A stretch of DNA of 64,000 nt from Flavobacteriales bacterium (GTDB taxonomy: Bacteria; Bacteroidota; Bacteroidia; Flavobacteriales_D; CAJJDF01). The position numbers and the translations under genes were made by a program. Under the pieces are notes generated by a model. That model did not search any database. It was not told the origin of the DNA and saw only the letters and a list, made by a program, of their open reading frames with translations. Position 1 is the first letter of the stretch, and each line of letters opens with the position of its first letter. Of this stretch, positions 36,516-45,710 are shown piece after piece. The stretch spans positions 20,234 through 84,233 of the forward strand of contig JAHDBM010000002.1 of the NCBI GenBank assembly GCA_020630395.1, given 5' to 3'.

Positions 36516-39425
36516 TTGAAGACTACATTATTTTTTAGTTTGTTATTCATCTTATTTTCTTGTGCTAACCCAAAATATGATGGAATATTTTGTGGAGCCG
36601 AAGAAACCATAGAAAAAGATGGGTTAACTTTTTTTTCTAATGAAAATAACCTCTTCGAAGCAGGAAGATTACAATCTAGTGAAGAAGCTTTTGAAGGGAA
36701 ATATGCTATAAAAGTAGATAGTGCTTTTCCTTATGCTTTTACATATTCATTTAAAGACTCAAAACCAGGAGATGCATATTTAGTTACGATATGGAAAAAA
36801 GGTAAGGGTGGTGTAATTATTGCCAGTTCTAATGAAGGGTTTTATAAAGTTGGATCCAAATTAGTTGAGAAAAAAGACGGTTGGGAAAAAATAGAACTTC
36901 AATTTGTGTTACCACCAAATTATAACTCAAAAGAGCTTAAAATATATGGTTTTAGTAACCAGAAAAAAGTAGTTTATTTCGATAATTTTTTAATTAAAAC
37001 ACTTGAAAAAAATCAGCTAGAATACCCAATTATTGGAAACAGCCTTAATATTCTCATAGATACAAATCAATTCAATACCATTAAACGATTAAGAGCAGAA
37101 GCTTTTGATAAAAATATCTTGCAATCCTCAGATGATTCGTGGGTTAAAGCAAAAGTGTTGTATCATGGAGACACCAATAAAGTTAAAATAAGATTAAAGG
37201 GAGATTGGTTGGATCACCTACAAGATGATAAATGGTCGTTTAGGATAAAAATGAAAGAAGGAAATATCATGAATATGAAAGAATTTTCTATTCAGCATCC
37301 TAAAACAAGAAAGTATATGAGCGAATGGTTACTTCATGATGTACTAATGAAAGAAGATGTATTAACCACTAAATACGATTTTATCCCAGTACAAATAAAT
37401 GGCAGAAGTCTTGGTGTATATGCGGTTGAAGAACATTTTAAAAATCATTTATTAGAAAATAAAACACGAAGAGAAGGACCAATGCTAAAATTAGCTGAAG
37501 ATGCTTTTTGGGATTATCAATTAGCAGCCAGAGAGAAAAAAGCAACTACTTCATTTCATTACCCGATATTCAAGTCAGCTATTGTAAAGCCATTCTCTAA
37601 AAAGAAAACATTTAAAGATTCTTTACAAAAAGCATATTTCTATAAAGCGCAAGACATACTTCACTCCTATAAAGAGTTTGATATAAAATTCTCGAAACAT
37701 TTTGATGTTGAAAAATATGCAAAGTTTTATGCCTTAGTTGATATATTTCAAAGTTATCATGGATTAATATGGCATAATCAAAGATTTTATTTTAATCCAC
37801 TTACCGAGAAAATAGAGCCCATAGTGTATGATGCAAATATCGAAGGAGATAATCATTTTACAAATCCAAATAGGTTTATACTTGCGGATAATACAGGAGA
37901 GTTTAAACAAGTTAAAAAAGATGAACATTACATGTCTTTTCAAGCATTTAATGATCCTGTTTTTAGAAAAACGTACTTTGAAGAATTAAACTATTATATA
38001 AATGAATTTAATTGGGAGGGCTATTTTAAAGAACGAAAAGAAGCACTAACTGCTAAGAATGAATTATTAAAAAATGAATTTCCATATTATACGTTTTCAA
38101 CAGAGTATATAAACAATAGAATTGCAATTATTAAACAACAATTTGCTCAATATGAGAACAAAGAAACTGATGGAGAATGGTTCAACTTTAACTATAAAGC
38201 AAAAGAATCAATAAATGTTCCTACATTATCTGAAGGACCTATAAATAACCTTTCGTTAGTAATACATAAAGAGAAAAAGAAGGGAGACAAAAGACAATAC
38301 TCGTTAAAAAATTATTTTCATTATCCAATAACAATCATAGCAGCTGGTAAAAAGAAGGATAGCTTAATCAATGTTCCCGAATTAGTTTTACCTGCATTTT
38401 ATGAAGGTGATAACATAACATCAAAAATGTTAATCACTGATAAAAAGATTAAGTATGTGAAATTTAAAGTAAACGGAACTGATAATACAAAAACAATTAA
38501 AGTACTAAAGTGGAGGTCGCCATCAATAATCCCCAAAAAAGAAGAAGATTATAACCTTGGTATATTTAAGAACACAAACAAAGACACATTAACATTAGCT
38601 AAAGGAAATTATACCCTATCTAAATCGGTTATAATTCCAAAAGGTAAGTATGTAAAGTTTAATGGAGCTAATATAACATTAACCAATAAAGCTTCTATTA
38701 TTTCATATTCGCCTATAGTTATGGATGGTTGCATTATTATAGCAAAAGGAGGAGAAGGTTTTTCATTAATAGAACCAACAGGTAATTCGGTTATATCGAA
38801 TACTAAATTTGTTAATCTTACACCTAATACTCAATTACAAACGTGTACAGGGGGAGTATCTATTTATAACACTACCATAAAAATAGAGGGTTGTGAGTTT
38901 AACAATATTAAAAGTGAAGATGGATTAAACTTAGTGAATTGCAATTATGATATTTCAAACACGACTTTTACAGGGTGTATGTCTGATGGATTTGATATTG
39001 ATTATGGTAGTGGTGTATTATCTAATATTACGATAAATAACTCTGGAAATGATGGCTTAGATGTCTCTTACACTAATATAACGGTCAATAATTTAAAGGT
39101 TAATAAACCTGGTGACAAGGCTGTAAGTGTTGGAGAGAGATCTACTTTTAAAGGGAATTCATTCGATATTAAAGGGGCAAAAATAGGAATTGCTGTTAAA
39201 GATGAATCTAATGCCACAATAGATAATATAAGCTTAAATACTTGTGACATAGGAGTTGTTATGTTAATAAAAAAGCAATTTTTTAACGCTCCAAAACTTA
39301 AGTTAACCAATTTTAAACAAGAAGCTGTTACTAGTAAAGAAATCATTGATGTTCGAGCTGTTTATCATAAAAATGGAACGGCAGTAAAAGGAAAAGAAAT
39401 AATAGACACAGAGTTGTTCTATTAA
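36516..39425 (+). CDS. CotH kinase family-like lipoprotein with C-terminal right-handed parallel beta-helix repeats
   Basis: A TTG start gives MKTTLFFSLLFILFSC (lipobox). The CotH-like blocks are KWSFRIKMKEG...FSIQHPKTRKYMSEWLLHDVLMKEDVLTTKYDFIPVQINGRSLGVYAVEEHF and WHNQRFYFNPLTEKIEPIVYDAN. The C-terminal roughly 250 aa show beta-helix rungs (N.TFTGC.SDGFDIDYG, ITINNSGNDGLDVSY, ...). Confidence 0.6.
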   Translation: MKTTLFFSLLFILFSCANPKYDGIFCGAEETIEKDGLTFFSNENNLFEAGRLQSSEEAFEGKYAIKVDSAFPYAFTYSFKDSKPGDAYLVTIWKKGKGGVIIASSNEGFYKVGSKLVEKKDGWEKIELQFVLPPNYNSKELKIYGFSNQKKVVYFDNFLIKTLEKNQLEYPIIGNSLNILIDTNQFNTIKRLRAEAFDKNILQSSDDSWVKAKVLYHGDTNKVKIRLKGDWLDHLQDDKWSFRIKMKEGNIMNMKEFSIQHPKTRKYMSEWLLHDVLMKEDVLTTKYDFIPVQINGRSLGVYAVEEHFKNHLLENKTRREGPMLKLAEDAFWDYQLAAREKKATTSFHYPIFKSAIVKPFSKKKTFKDSLQKAYFYKAQDILHSYKEFDIKFSKHFDVEKYAKFYALVDIFQSYHGLIWHNQRFYFNPLTEKIEPIVYDANIEGDNHFTNPNRFILADNTGEFKQVKKDEHYMSFQAFNDPVFRKTYFEELNYYINEFNWEGYFKERKEALTAKNELLKNEFPYYTFSTEYINNRIAIIKQQFAQYENKETDGEWFNFNYKAKESINVPTLSEGPINNLSLVIHKEKKKGDKRQYSLKNYFHYPITIIAAGKKKDSLINVPELVLPAFYEGDNITSKMLITDKKIKYVKFKVNGTDNTKTIKVLKWRSPSIIPKKEEDYNLGIFKNTNKDTLTLAKGNYTLSKSVIIPKGKYVKFNGANITLTNKASIISYSPIVMDGCIIIAKGGEGFSLIEPTGNSVISNTKFVNLTPNTQLQTCTGGVSIYNTTIKIEGCEFNNIKSEDGLNLVNCNYDISNTTFTGCMSDGFDIDYGSGVLSNITINNSGNDGLDVSYTNITVNNLKVNKPGDKAVSVGERSTFKGNSFDIKGAKIGIAVKDESNATIDNISLNTCDIGVVMLIKKQFFNAPKLKLTNFKQEAVTSKEIIDVRAVYHKNGTAVKGKEIIDTELFY

Positions 39426-39427
39426 AA

Positions 39428-39446
39428 ATAGCTAATCTTTAGCTAT
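39428..39446. terminator. Weak AT-rich hairpin between convergent genes
   Basis: ATAGCTAA-TCT-TTAGCTAT (8-bp stem) between the stop at 39425 (+) and the stop at 39462 (-). There is no strong T-run. Confidence 0.35.
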
Positions 39447-39461
39447 ATTATAAATTTGATT

Positions 39462-39923
39462 TTACTCCAATTGCTTAAATACATCTTTAAAATCTCCCCA
39501 AAATTCATGAATACTTAGCATATTTTTTTCCATAAACATAAAGGCTTCTTGCCAAGTGTTTTTATCGAAGATGTTTACTCCGCCATACTCAATTTTTATG
39601 CTTGAAATAGGGATGTTAAAATCATTTAGGTCATTTTTTTCCCATGTTAGAGGGTAGTTAAAATTATCCTCTAATACTGTTTTTAACTCTAAAAATTGAT
39701 CAAAAAACAACTCTCTAATTCCTTCGTCTTTATGTTGAAGTTCAATAGCAAAACTCACCTTTTTATTGGTTGCATTTAGTCTAAAGTACAAGTCTTTGAT
39801 TTTCGTTTTATAGTTTACCCAATTAATTTTGTCCTCACCTCTTTTTTGATGCTTTTTCATGTATAAGCCAAAACTTGTCCAAAAGGAAACTTTAAATTCT
39901 TTTACCTGTTCTTTGCTATACAT
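39462..39923 (-). CDS. DUF4268 domain-containing protein
   Basis: 153 aa. The N-terminus MYSKEQVKEFKVSFWTSFGLYMKKH matches my recollection of the conserved DUF4268 start (MYS.E....K..FWT.FG.YM). Confidence 0.55.
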   Translation of the reverse strand: MYSKEQVKEFKVSFWTSFGLYMKKHQKRGEDKINWVNYKTKIKDLYFRLNATNKKVSFAIELQHKDEGIRELFFDQFLELKTVLEDNFNYPLTWEKNDLNDFNIPISSIKIEYGGVNIFDKNTWQEAFMFMEKNMLSIHEFWGDFKDVFKQLE

Positions 39924-41490
39924 GTTGTTTTAATTTTAGCATTTCTTTTGGTAATTGAAACAAGAAAAGACTATTAAAAAAAGCAAATAGGAATACTCCG
40001 TCTTGTGTTTCTAGAGTGTCTTCTGATAGAAAAGAGAGTAAAGCAATACAAGAGAAAATTACATAATAGTAATTACGTCTTTTAATAGCGTATTGTAAGG
40101 GTAAAATAAGGGTAAGTACAAATATTAATACCCCAATAAAACCAAGTGCTATAAACGTAGATAGGTATTGGTTATGTGATCGTAATTGAAACTGCTCAGT
40201 TAAAGATGAATTAGCAGCATATTTTTGTTTAAACGCATTGGGGACATCACCAGTTCCTTGACCAAACAGAAAGTTTTCTTTGACAATTTCCTTGCTTGTT
40301 TTCCAATATTCTATTCTTTGAGCAAGAGAATTACCATTTGAACTTGCTCCATTAAAATAACCATCAATCTCGAACATCAGTAAGTATAATCTGCTCATTA
40401 AGTCATGAGAGCTATAAAGATAATTTGCGGTTCCATTTTCAATATTTTTGATATCTTGTTCAGATAGAGATTCCACGCCTTCACGATCTTTCCTTAATCC
40501 TTTAGAAGTCATGTATCGAATTAAAATAAATTTGTAAGCATTTCCATTTTGATCTAATTCATATAAGTTTTTATTGCTTCTTATGTTCCAAGTATCCTCT
40601 AGTTCTTTCATGCAGAGGTAGTCATTACTAAAATTACCATTATCAAACATAATAAAATCTGTTTCTCCATAAGGTTGCCCATATTTAGTAACCTTATCCA
40701 TAGGAGAACTCGCATCTATTTTAACACTATTATAAACTGTAGCCATTTTATAGGTTAAGTACGACCCTCCAATAATCATAATGGCAGCAGGGAGAATAGC
40801 TAAAATATTTTTATTAGTAAATGATAAGTATATAGAGACAAAAAAGAGGGTAAAGCATCCTATAATAAAACCAGTTGCAGATTCTATAAAGGATAAAAAG
40901 TAAGCAAACCATATAAACACAGCAATACCAATTAGTTTAAAAAACCATTTTTCTTTTGATAAAATAGGTAGCATAAACATAGATAACACTACCATTAGCG
41001 ATAATCTAATATGCGATATAAATTGGGAAGCGTCTCTTATTTCAGTAATAGGCTTTTTAGCAGGTAGTATTTCATGGTAAGCTAAGTAACCATAAACTGT
41101 ACTTATAAGTGTTGAGAAAATAAAGAGGAGTAGTATAAACTTTAGATGAACAGCTTTAAGTTTATGATGAGTGCAAAAAATTACAGGGAAAGCTAATAGC
41201 GGCACTTTAATTCTTATGTCTTTAAAGCCATATTCAAAATCTGAAGTATGGATAAGACCAAGCAAAAAAATGATAAAGGTAATACTGCAAATTACTGCAA
41301 TTTTATTTTTAAAAAACTGGTTAAATTTATACATAATGTTCCCAGCCAAAAACCATTGTCCAACTAAGCATAGAGTGCCTACACTCATTAAAAATTTAGA
41401 TAATGGCATACCCACAACAATTGCCATGAGCACCAATATGTAAGCATGGTATCCTGTTAAAAAAGCATATATTTGCTTTAATGTTTTCAA
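39916..41490 (-). CDS. O-antigen ligase/polymerase (Wzy_C) family membrane protein
   Basis: 524 aa and polytopic. A large loop is followed by SHNQYLSTFIALGFIGVLIF, typical of the O-antigen ligase family. Confidence 0.65.
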   Translation of the reverse strand: MKTLKQIYAFLTGYHAYILVLMAIVVGMPLSKFLMSVGTLCLVGQWFLAGNIMYKFNQFFKNKIAVICSITFIIFLLGLIHTSDFEYGFKDIRIKVPLLAFPVIFCTHHKLKAVHLKFILLLFIFSTLISTVYGYLAYHEILPAKKPITEIRDASQFISHIRLSLMVVLSMFMLPILSKEKWFFKLIGIAVFIWFAYFLSFIESATGFIIGCFTLFFVSIYLSFTNKNILAILPAAIMIIGGSYLTYKMATVYNSVKIDASSPMDKVTKYGQPYGETDFIMFDNGNFSNDYLCMKELEDTWNIRSNKNLYELDQNGNAYKFILIRYMTSKGLRKDREGVESLSEQDIKNIENGTANYLYSSHDLMSRLYLLMFEIDGYFNGASSNGNSLAQRIEYWKTSKEIVKENFLFGQGTGDVPNAFKQKYAANSSLTEQFQLRSHNQYLSTFIALGFIGVLIFVLTLILPLQYAIKRRNYYYVIFSCIALLSFLSEDTLETQDGVFLFAFFNSLFLFQLPKEMLKLKQHV

Positions 41491-41516
41491 TTTAAGACCT
41501 ATCCTTTAAAAGGAAG

Positions 41517-43187
41517 TTATGGTTTAAGGATTTTAGCGTATTGTTCTTTATCATTAAGCGTTTCAATAGCTTTAATAATAAACTCATCATGACTTAAAGA
41601 TGCTTTTGTTCTTCCCTTCTGGAGGTAATAACGAGATACTATCTCATTAATGAGTAGTAATTGAATTTCGTCTTTAAATTTCTCTAAATCCCTGTCTTTG
41701 TTTGGAGCTAGTTTTTTTAATAAAGCATCTAATTCTTCTGATGTATTTTCATCAAAACCTTCCTTTTCAGTTGTTTCTTTTAATCGTTCGGCAGCTTTGT
41801 AAGAATATGTGTCATATTCAAAATCAAATGATTTGGCATACGTTTTAAATGCATCATACTCGGAAGTAGTTAAAGAAAAATCTTGTGGAGGAGCAATGTT
41901 ATCATGACTATAATAATAATCGGTAGCATAATTAAAAATAACGTCTTTTATTACTAGTTTTTGTGTAAGTGTACTGAAGGTTTCTTCAGGAATTTCAATA
42001 TCGGGATCAATACCTCTACCATCTCTCACTTTTCGGCCATTTTTAGTTTTAAAATAAGAGATTAACGAATCAGAAATACTGGTTCCTTTACCTGTTTTTT
42101 TTCTGTCAGAGTAATCTAATCTTTGGATACATCTTCCACTAGAAGTGTAATACTTAGCAATAGTAACTTTAAGTTTTGTGTTATAATCAAGGTCTTTAAC
42201 TTGTTGCACGAGTCCTTTCCCAAAAGATTGTTGACCAACAATAATGGCACGATCTAAATCTTGTAAAGATCCTGATACAATTTCTGATGCTGAAGCAGAG
42301 TTTCCATCAATAAGAACAATTAATGGAATTTCGGTATCCATAGGTTTAGCAGTTGTTTTATAGACATAATTATTTTCTTTAAACCTTCCTTTTGTTTCCA
42401 CTACTTTAACTCCTCTTTTAACAAAGAAATTTACGATTTTAACGGCCTCATTAAGTAGTCCTCCACCATTACCTCTCAAGTCTAAAATTAATTGAGACAA
42501 TGTATTACTGTCTCGAAGTGTTTTAAAAGCGTCTCCAACTTCCTTACTTGCAGTTTGAGTAAAGGAAGTTAACTTAATGTATCCTGTTTTATCATCAAGC
42601 ATTTGATAATGCGGAACACTAGGTATTTTTACGACTTCTCTCTCAATGGTTTTTTCAATTGGAGTAGTTGTTTTTGGTCTTTCGATTTTAAGCTTTAATT
42701 CAGTTCCTGCTGTACCTTTTAATAGTTCACTAACTTCACTTGATGATTTCCCTTTAATGGATTTTCCGTCAATTTCTAGAATTTTGTCTCCGGCTTTAAT
42801 ATCAGCTTTTGCAGCAGGAAAATTATCATAAGGCTCGGAAATTACAATATAATCTCCTTGTTGTTTTATTAAGGCACCAATTCCTCCATATTGCCCAGTT
42901 TGCATCATTCTATAATCTTCAATATTAGATTCTGGAATATAGTTGGTGTAGGGGTCTAATGATCTAAGCATAGCGTCTATACCTGTTTTCATTAGTTGTC
43001 CGGGTTGAGTTTCGTCTACAAAATAGGTGTTAATGTTTTTGTATACATCATTAAATATTGAGATGTTTTTAGCAATCTCAAAATATTCTTCTTGTCCTTG
43101 ATTTTGTCCAAACATTAAACCTTGTGAGCAGGTAATGGTTAAGGCAAGAATAAAATGGTTTATTTTTTTTGAATATATTTTTTGCAT
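41517..43187 (-). CDS. S41 family C-terminal processing peptidase with PDZ domain
   Basis: PDZ segment GGIGALIKQQGDYIVISEPYDNFPAAKADIKAGDKILEIDGKS. S41 blocks LILDLRGNGGGLLNEAV and NSASASEIVSGSLQDLDRAIIVGQQSFGKGLVQ. Confidence 0.9.
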   Translation of the reverse strand: MQKIYSKKINHFILALTITCSQGLMFGQNQGQEEYFEIAKNISIFNDVYKNINTYFVDETQPGQLMKTGIDAMLRSLDPYTNYIPESNIEDYRMMQTGQYGGIGALIKQQGDYIVISEPYDNFPAAKADIKAGDKILEIDGKSIKGKSSSEVSELLKGTAGTELKLKIERPKTTTPIEKTIEREVVKIPSVPHYQMLDDKTGYIKLTSFTQTASKEVGDAFKTLRDSNTLSQLILDLRGNGGGLLNEAVKIVNFFVKRGVKVVETKGRFKENNYVYKTTAKPMDTEIPLIVLIDGNSASASEIVSGSLQDLDRAIIVGQQSFGKGLVQQVKDLDYNTKLKVTIAKYYTSSGRCIQRLDYSDRKKTGKGTSISDSLISYFKTKNGRKVRDGRGIDPDIEIPEETFSTLTQKLVIKDVIFNYATDYYYSHDNIAPPQDFSLTTSEYDAFKTYAKSFDFEYDTYSYKAAERLKETTEKEGFDENTSEELDALLKKLAPNKDRDLEKFKDEIQLLLINEIVSRYYLQKGRTKASLSHDEFIIKAIETLNDKEQYAKILKP

Positions 43188-43205
43188 GCGAATTATATTT
43201 ATAGT

Positions 43206-43427
43206 TTAAGGAACAGGGTCATGACCAGTTCCACCCCATGGATTACAAGATGATATTCTTTTAATGCCAAGCCATGTACCTTTTATTGTGCCATGTTTTT
43301 TTATTGCCTCAATACTATATTGTGAGCAAGTAGGTGTATACCTACAGCTATTGGGAAGTATAGGCGATATAACTAACTGGTAGGCTTTAATCAATAAAAT
43401 GAATATATAGCTAAAAGGGTTAATCAA
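43206..43427 (-). CDS. yidD: Membrane protein insertion efficiency factor YidD
   Basis: 73 aa with [20 protein letters not shown]. It overlaps rnpA by 8 nt in the usual rnpA-yidD order. Confidence 0.9.
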   Translation of the reverse strand: MINPFSYIFILLIKAYQLVISPILPNSCRYTPTCSQYSIEAIKKHGTIKGTWLGIKRISSCNPWGGTGHDPVP

Positions 43428-43815
43428 TTTTACTCTTTAAACGATTTAAAAGTACTATTATTTTTTCTTCTAATTGAGAATATGGAAGAGGTTTGTTTGC
43501 TAGGTAAATAAAGCAAAGGATAAGTTTTTCATTCTTATCTCCGAGATCATGGTAAAGATCATGCTTATTAAGCCGATAAATTTCTTTAAGTCGTCTTTTT
43601 ATTTTATTTCTATTAACAGCTAAACGCACTCTTTTTTTACTAACAGTAAAGAGCACTTGAGCACGTTTTTCAATTGTATGTTCAGGCACTTTTTTAGTTA
43701 ACAGGATTAAAGGATAAGCTTTTAATTTAATTTGATTTTCATCAGAAACAAAAAGTTCTTCTATTAAAACTTTGCTACAAAGACGTTCGTCTTTTTTAAA
43801 GGTATATTTTTGCAC
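43420..43815 (-). CDS. rnpA: Ribonuclease P protein component
   Basis: 131 aa, basic. [17 protein letters not shown] and [24 protein letters not shown] resemble the RNR motif region. It lies directly upstream of yidD. Confidence 0.85.
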   Translation of the reverse strand: MQKYTFKKDERLCSKVLIEELFVSDENQIKLKAYPLILLTKKVPEHTIEKRAQVLFTVSKKRVRLAVNRNKIKRRLKEIYRLNKHDLYHDLGDKNEKLILCFIYLANKPLPYSQLEEKIIVLLNRLKSKID

Positions 43816-43838
43816 TAAGGTTTTAAAGTAAGCAATGT

Positions 43839-44576
43839 TTATGCTTCATCAATATATTTTTCAATAGCCATTTTCATAGATGGATATTTAGGCAGAGGTG
43901 CTTGTACATCTATTCTAAGTCCTGCTTTTTCTACACGTGTTGCAGTGCTCGATCCCCAAACAGCAATTTTAGTGTTATTTTGTTTAAAATCAGGGAAGTT
44001 TTCGAGCAAAGAATCTATTCCTGATGGACTAAAGAACACCAGCATATCGTAATTAACATCTGCTAAATCAGATAAATCACTTACTACTGTTTTAAATAAC
44101 TTAGCAACATTAAAATTAATATTGTTTTCAGTTAAAATAGCTGAATAAATATCTTTACTTGTTGCTGATAATGGAAGTAAAAACTTTTCGGTTTTATTTT
44201 TTATAATAGAAGGCATTAAATCTTGAATAGTTTTTACACCAAAAAAGATTTTTCTTTTTCTATATACAATATATTTTTGAAGGTATTTAGCGACAGATTC
44301 ATTTAAACAAAAATACTTCATGGTATCCGGCACATCAAAACGCATTTCTTTCGCCATTCTAAAATAATGATCAATAGCACTTTTGCTAGATAATATTATT
44401 CCTGTGTGTTCACTTATTTCGATTCTATCTTGACGAAATTCTTGAGCATCTATGCCTTCAACATGAATAAAATGTCTAAAATCTACGGTTATATTTTGTT
44501 CTTCTGCAAGATCGTAATACGGAGATTTCCCATTTTCTGGCTTGGGTTGTGAAATTAGTATACTTTTAATTTTCAT
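43839..44576 (-). CDS. hemD: Uroporphyrinogen-III synthase family protein
   Basis: 245 aa with the Bacteroidetes-type HemD pattern MKIKSILISQPKPENGKSPYYDLAEEQNITVDFRHFIHVEG...LVFFSPSGIDSL. It lies downstream of a DUF4271 gene, a pairing I recall as common in Bacteroidetes. Confidence 0.75.
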   Translation of the reverse strand: MKIKSILISQPKPENGKSPYYDLAEEQNITVDFRHFIHVEGIDAQEFRQDRIEISEHTGIILSSKSAIDHYFRMAKEMRFDVPDTMKYFCLNESVAKYLQKYIVYRKRKIFFGVKTIQDLMPSIIKNKTEKFLLPLSATSKDIYSAILTENNINFNVAKLFKTVVSDLSDLADVNYDMLVFFSPSGIDSLLENFPDFKQNNTKIAVWGSSTATRVEKAGLRIDVQAPLPKYPSMKMAIEKYIDEA

Positions 44577-44582
44577 CTCTCG

Positions 44583-45197
44583 TTAGTGTTTAATTATGAA
44601 CTTTACCAAAATTAATGCCGGTAAAATTTCGAGTGTGCAAAGGTACAAAATAATATGAAAAACAGAAAGCTGATTGGATAAAAACAAGCTGACACGGCTC
44701 CACAATATACTAATAGCCAATAAAAAGAATCCAATTAATACCATAATAGGTTGATCTAAGTAATGAAACAAAACCAAAAATATAAACGTAATTATGCACA
44801 GTGTTTCATTTAGCACAAGTCTCTTTTTTGTAAAACTCATGCTGTCAGTTTTATTCAAAAATATATATTGAAAAAGAGACCACATTAATAGTTGAGAAAT
44901 ACAAAACACAGTCATTAAAATAAGTGCCTTTAAAGTAGAGATTAAAAAAACTTTTTTAATAATGATAGCGATCAAAAGAGCAAAACAAACGTTTAAAAAA
45001 ATGGAGCTTTTGCTATCGTTTTTTATAAAAACAGTTTCGTTTTCTTTAGCTCTGTTAATTAACGTGCCATTACCCAGCAGGTAGGGGATGTAAGATGTGT
45101 TGTTATATCTAATTACTGCAAGACCAGTAAAGACTATTAAAAAAACGATTAGTTCGAACCAATCAGTTGGTTGTTTTGTAATAAACTCATTAACCAT
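44583..45197 (-). CDS. DUF4271 domain-containing membrane protein
   Basis: 204 aa with 5-6 hydrophobic helices. The position immediately upstream of the HemD-like gene fits the usual DUF4271 context. Confidence 0.55.
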   Translation of the reverse strand: MVNEFITKQPTDWFELIVFLIVFTGLAVIRYNNTSYIPYLLGNGTLINRAKENETVFIKNDSKSSIFLNVCFALLIAIIIKKVFLISTLKALILMTVFCISQLLMWSLFQYIFLNKTDSMSFTKKRLVLNETLCIITFIFLVLFHYLDQPIMVLIGFFLLAISILWSRVSLFLSNQLSVFHIILYLCTLEILPALILVKFIIKH

Positions 45198-45221
45198 TGA
45201 ACAAATATAGTATTAATGCTA

Positions 45222-45692
45222 TTAGGATTTGGTTCTAAGTTTATCCATTGTAGTGTTAGCTTGAGCTGCATTTTTTTCAGAAATATGTTTAAATAGATCA
45301 TGCTCAGCAGTTTTAATTTCAGGAGCAATTATTTCAAGTAGTTGTTTACCTTTTTTAGATATTAGGATATCCATTTTTCGTCTATTGTTTTCACATAATT
45401 TTCGCTCAACAAACTCTTTATCGACTAAACGATCAATCATGCGGGTAATATCAGTTTGTTTAAATAGAATTCTGTCTTTTATTTCACCTACAGATAATGG
45501 AGAAGGATAACTGCCGTTTAGTATTCTAAGGATATTATATTGAGGATTAGTTATACCGTTCGATTTAAAAATAGGTGTATATATTTGATCTAGCCATCCT
45601 GCAGTGTACATGATATTTAGGACAAATAGTTTTTTTTCGTCAGTAAGTTTTGTTTTGATGGTATCTTTAAAGCTGGTCATCATTTTAAACAT
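45222..45692 (-). CDS. MarR family transcriptional regulator
   Basis: 156 aa with the winged-helix region ITNPQYNILRILNGSYPSPLSVGEIKDRILFKQTDITRMIDRLVDKEFVERK..ENNRRKMDILISKKG. Confidence 0.85.
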   Translation of the reverse strand: MFKMMTSFKDTIKTKLTDEKKLFVLNIMYTAGWLDQIYTPIFKSNGITNPQYNILRILNGSYPSPLSVGEIKDRILFKQTDITRMIDRLVDKEFVERKLCENNRRKMDILISKKGKQLLEIIAPEIKTAEHDLFKHISEKNAAQANTTMDKLRTKS

Positions 45693-45710
45693 TATTTGTT
45701 TACAACAAAT

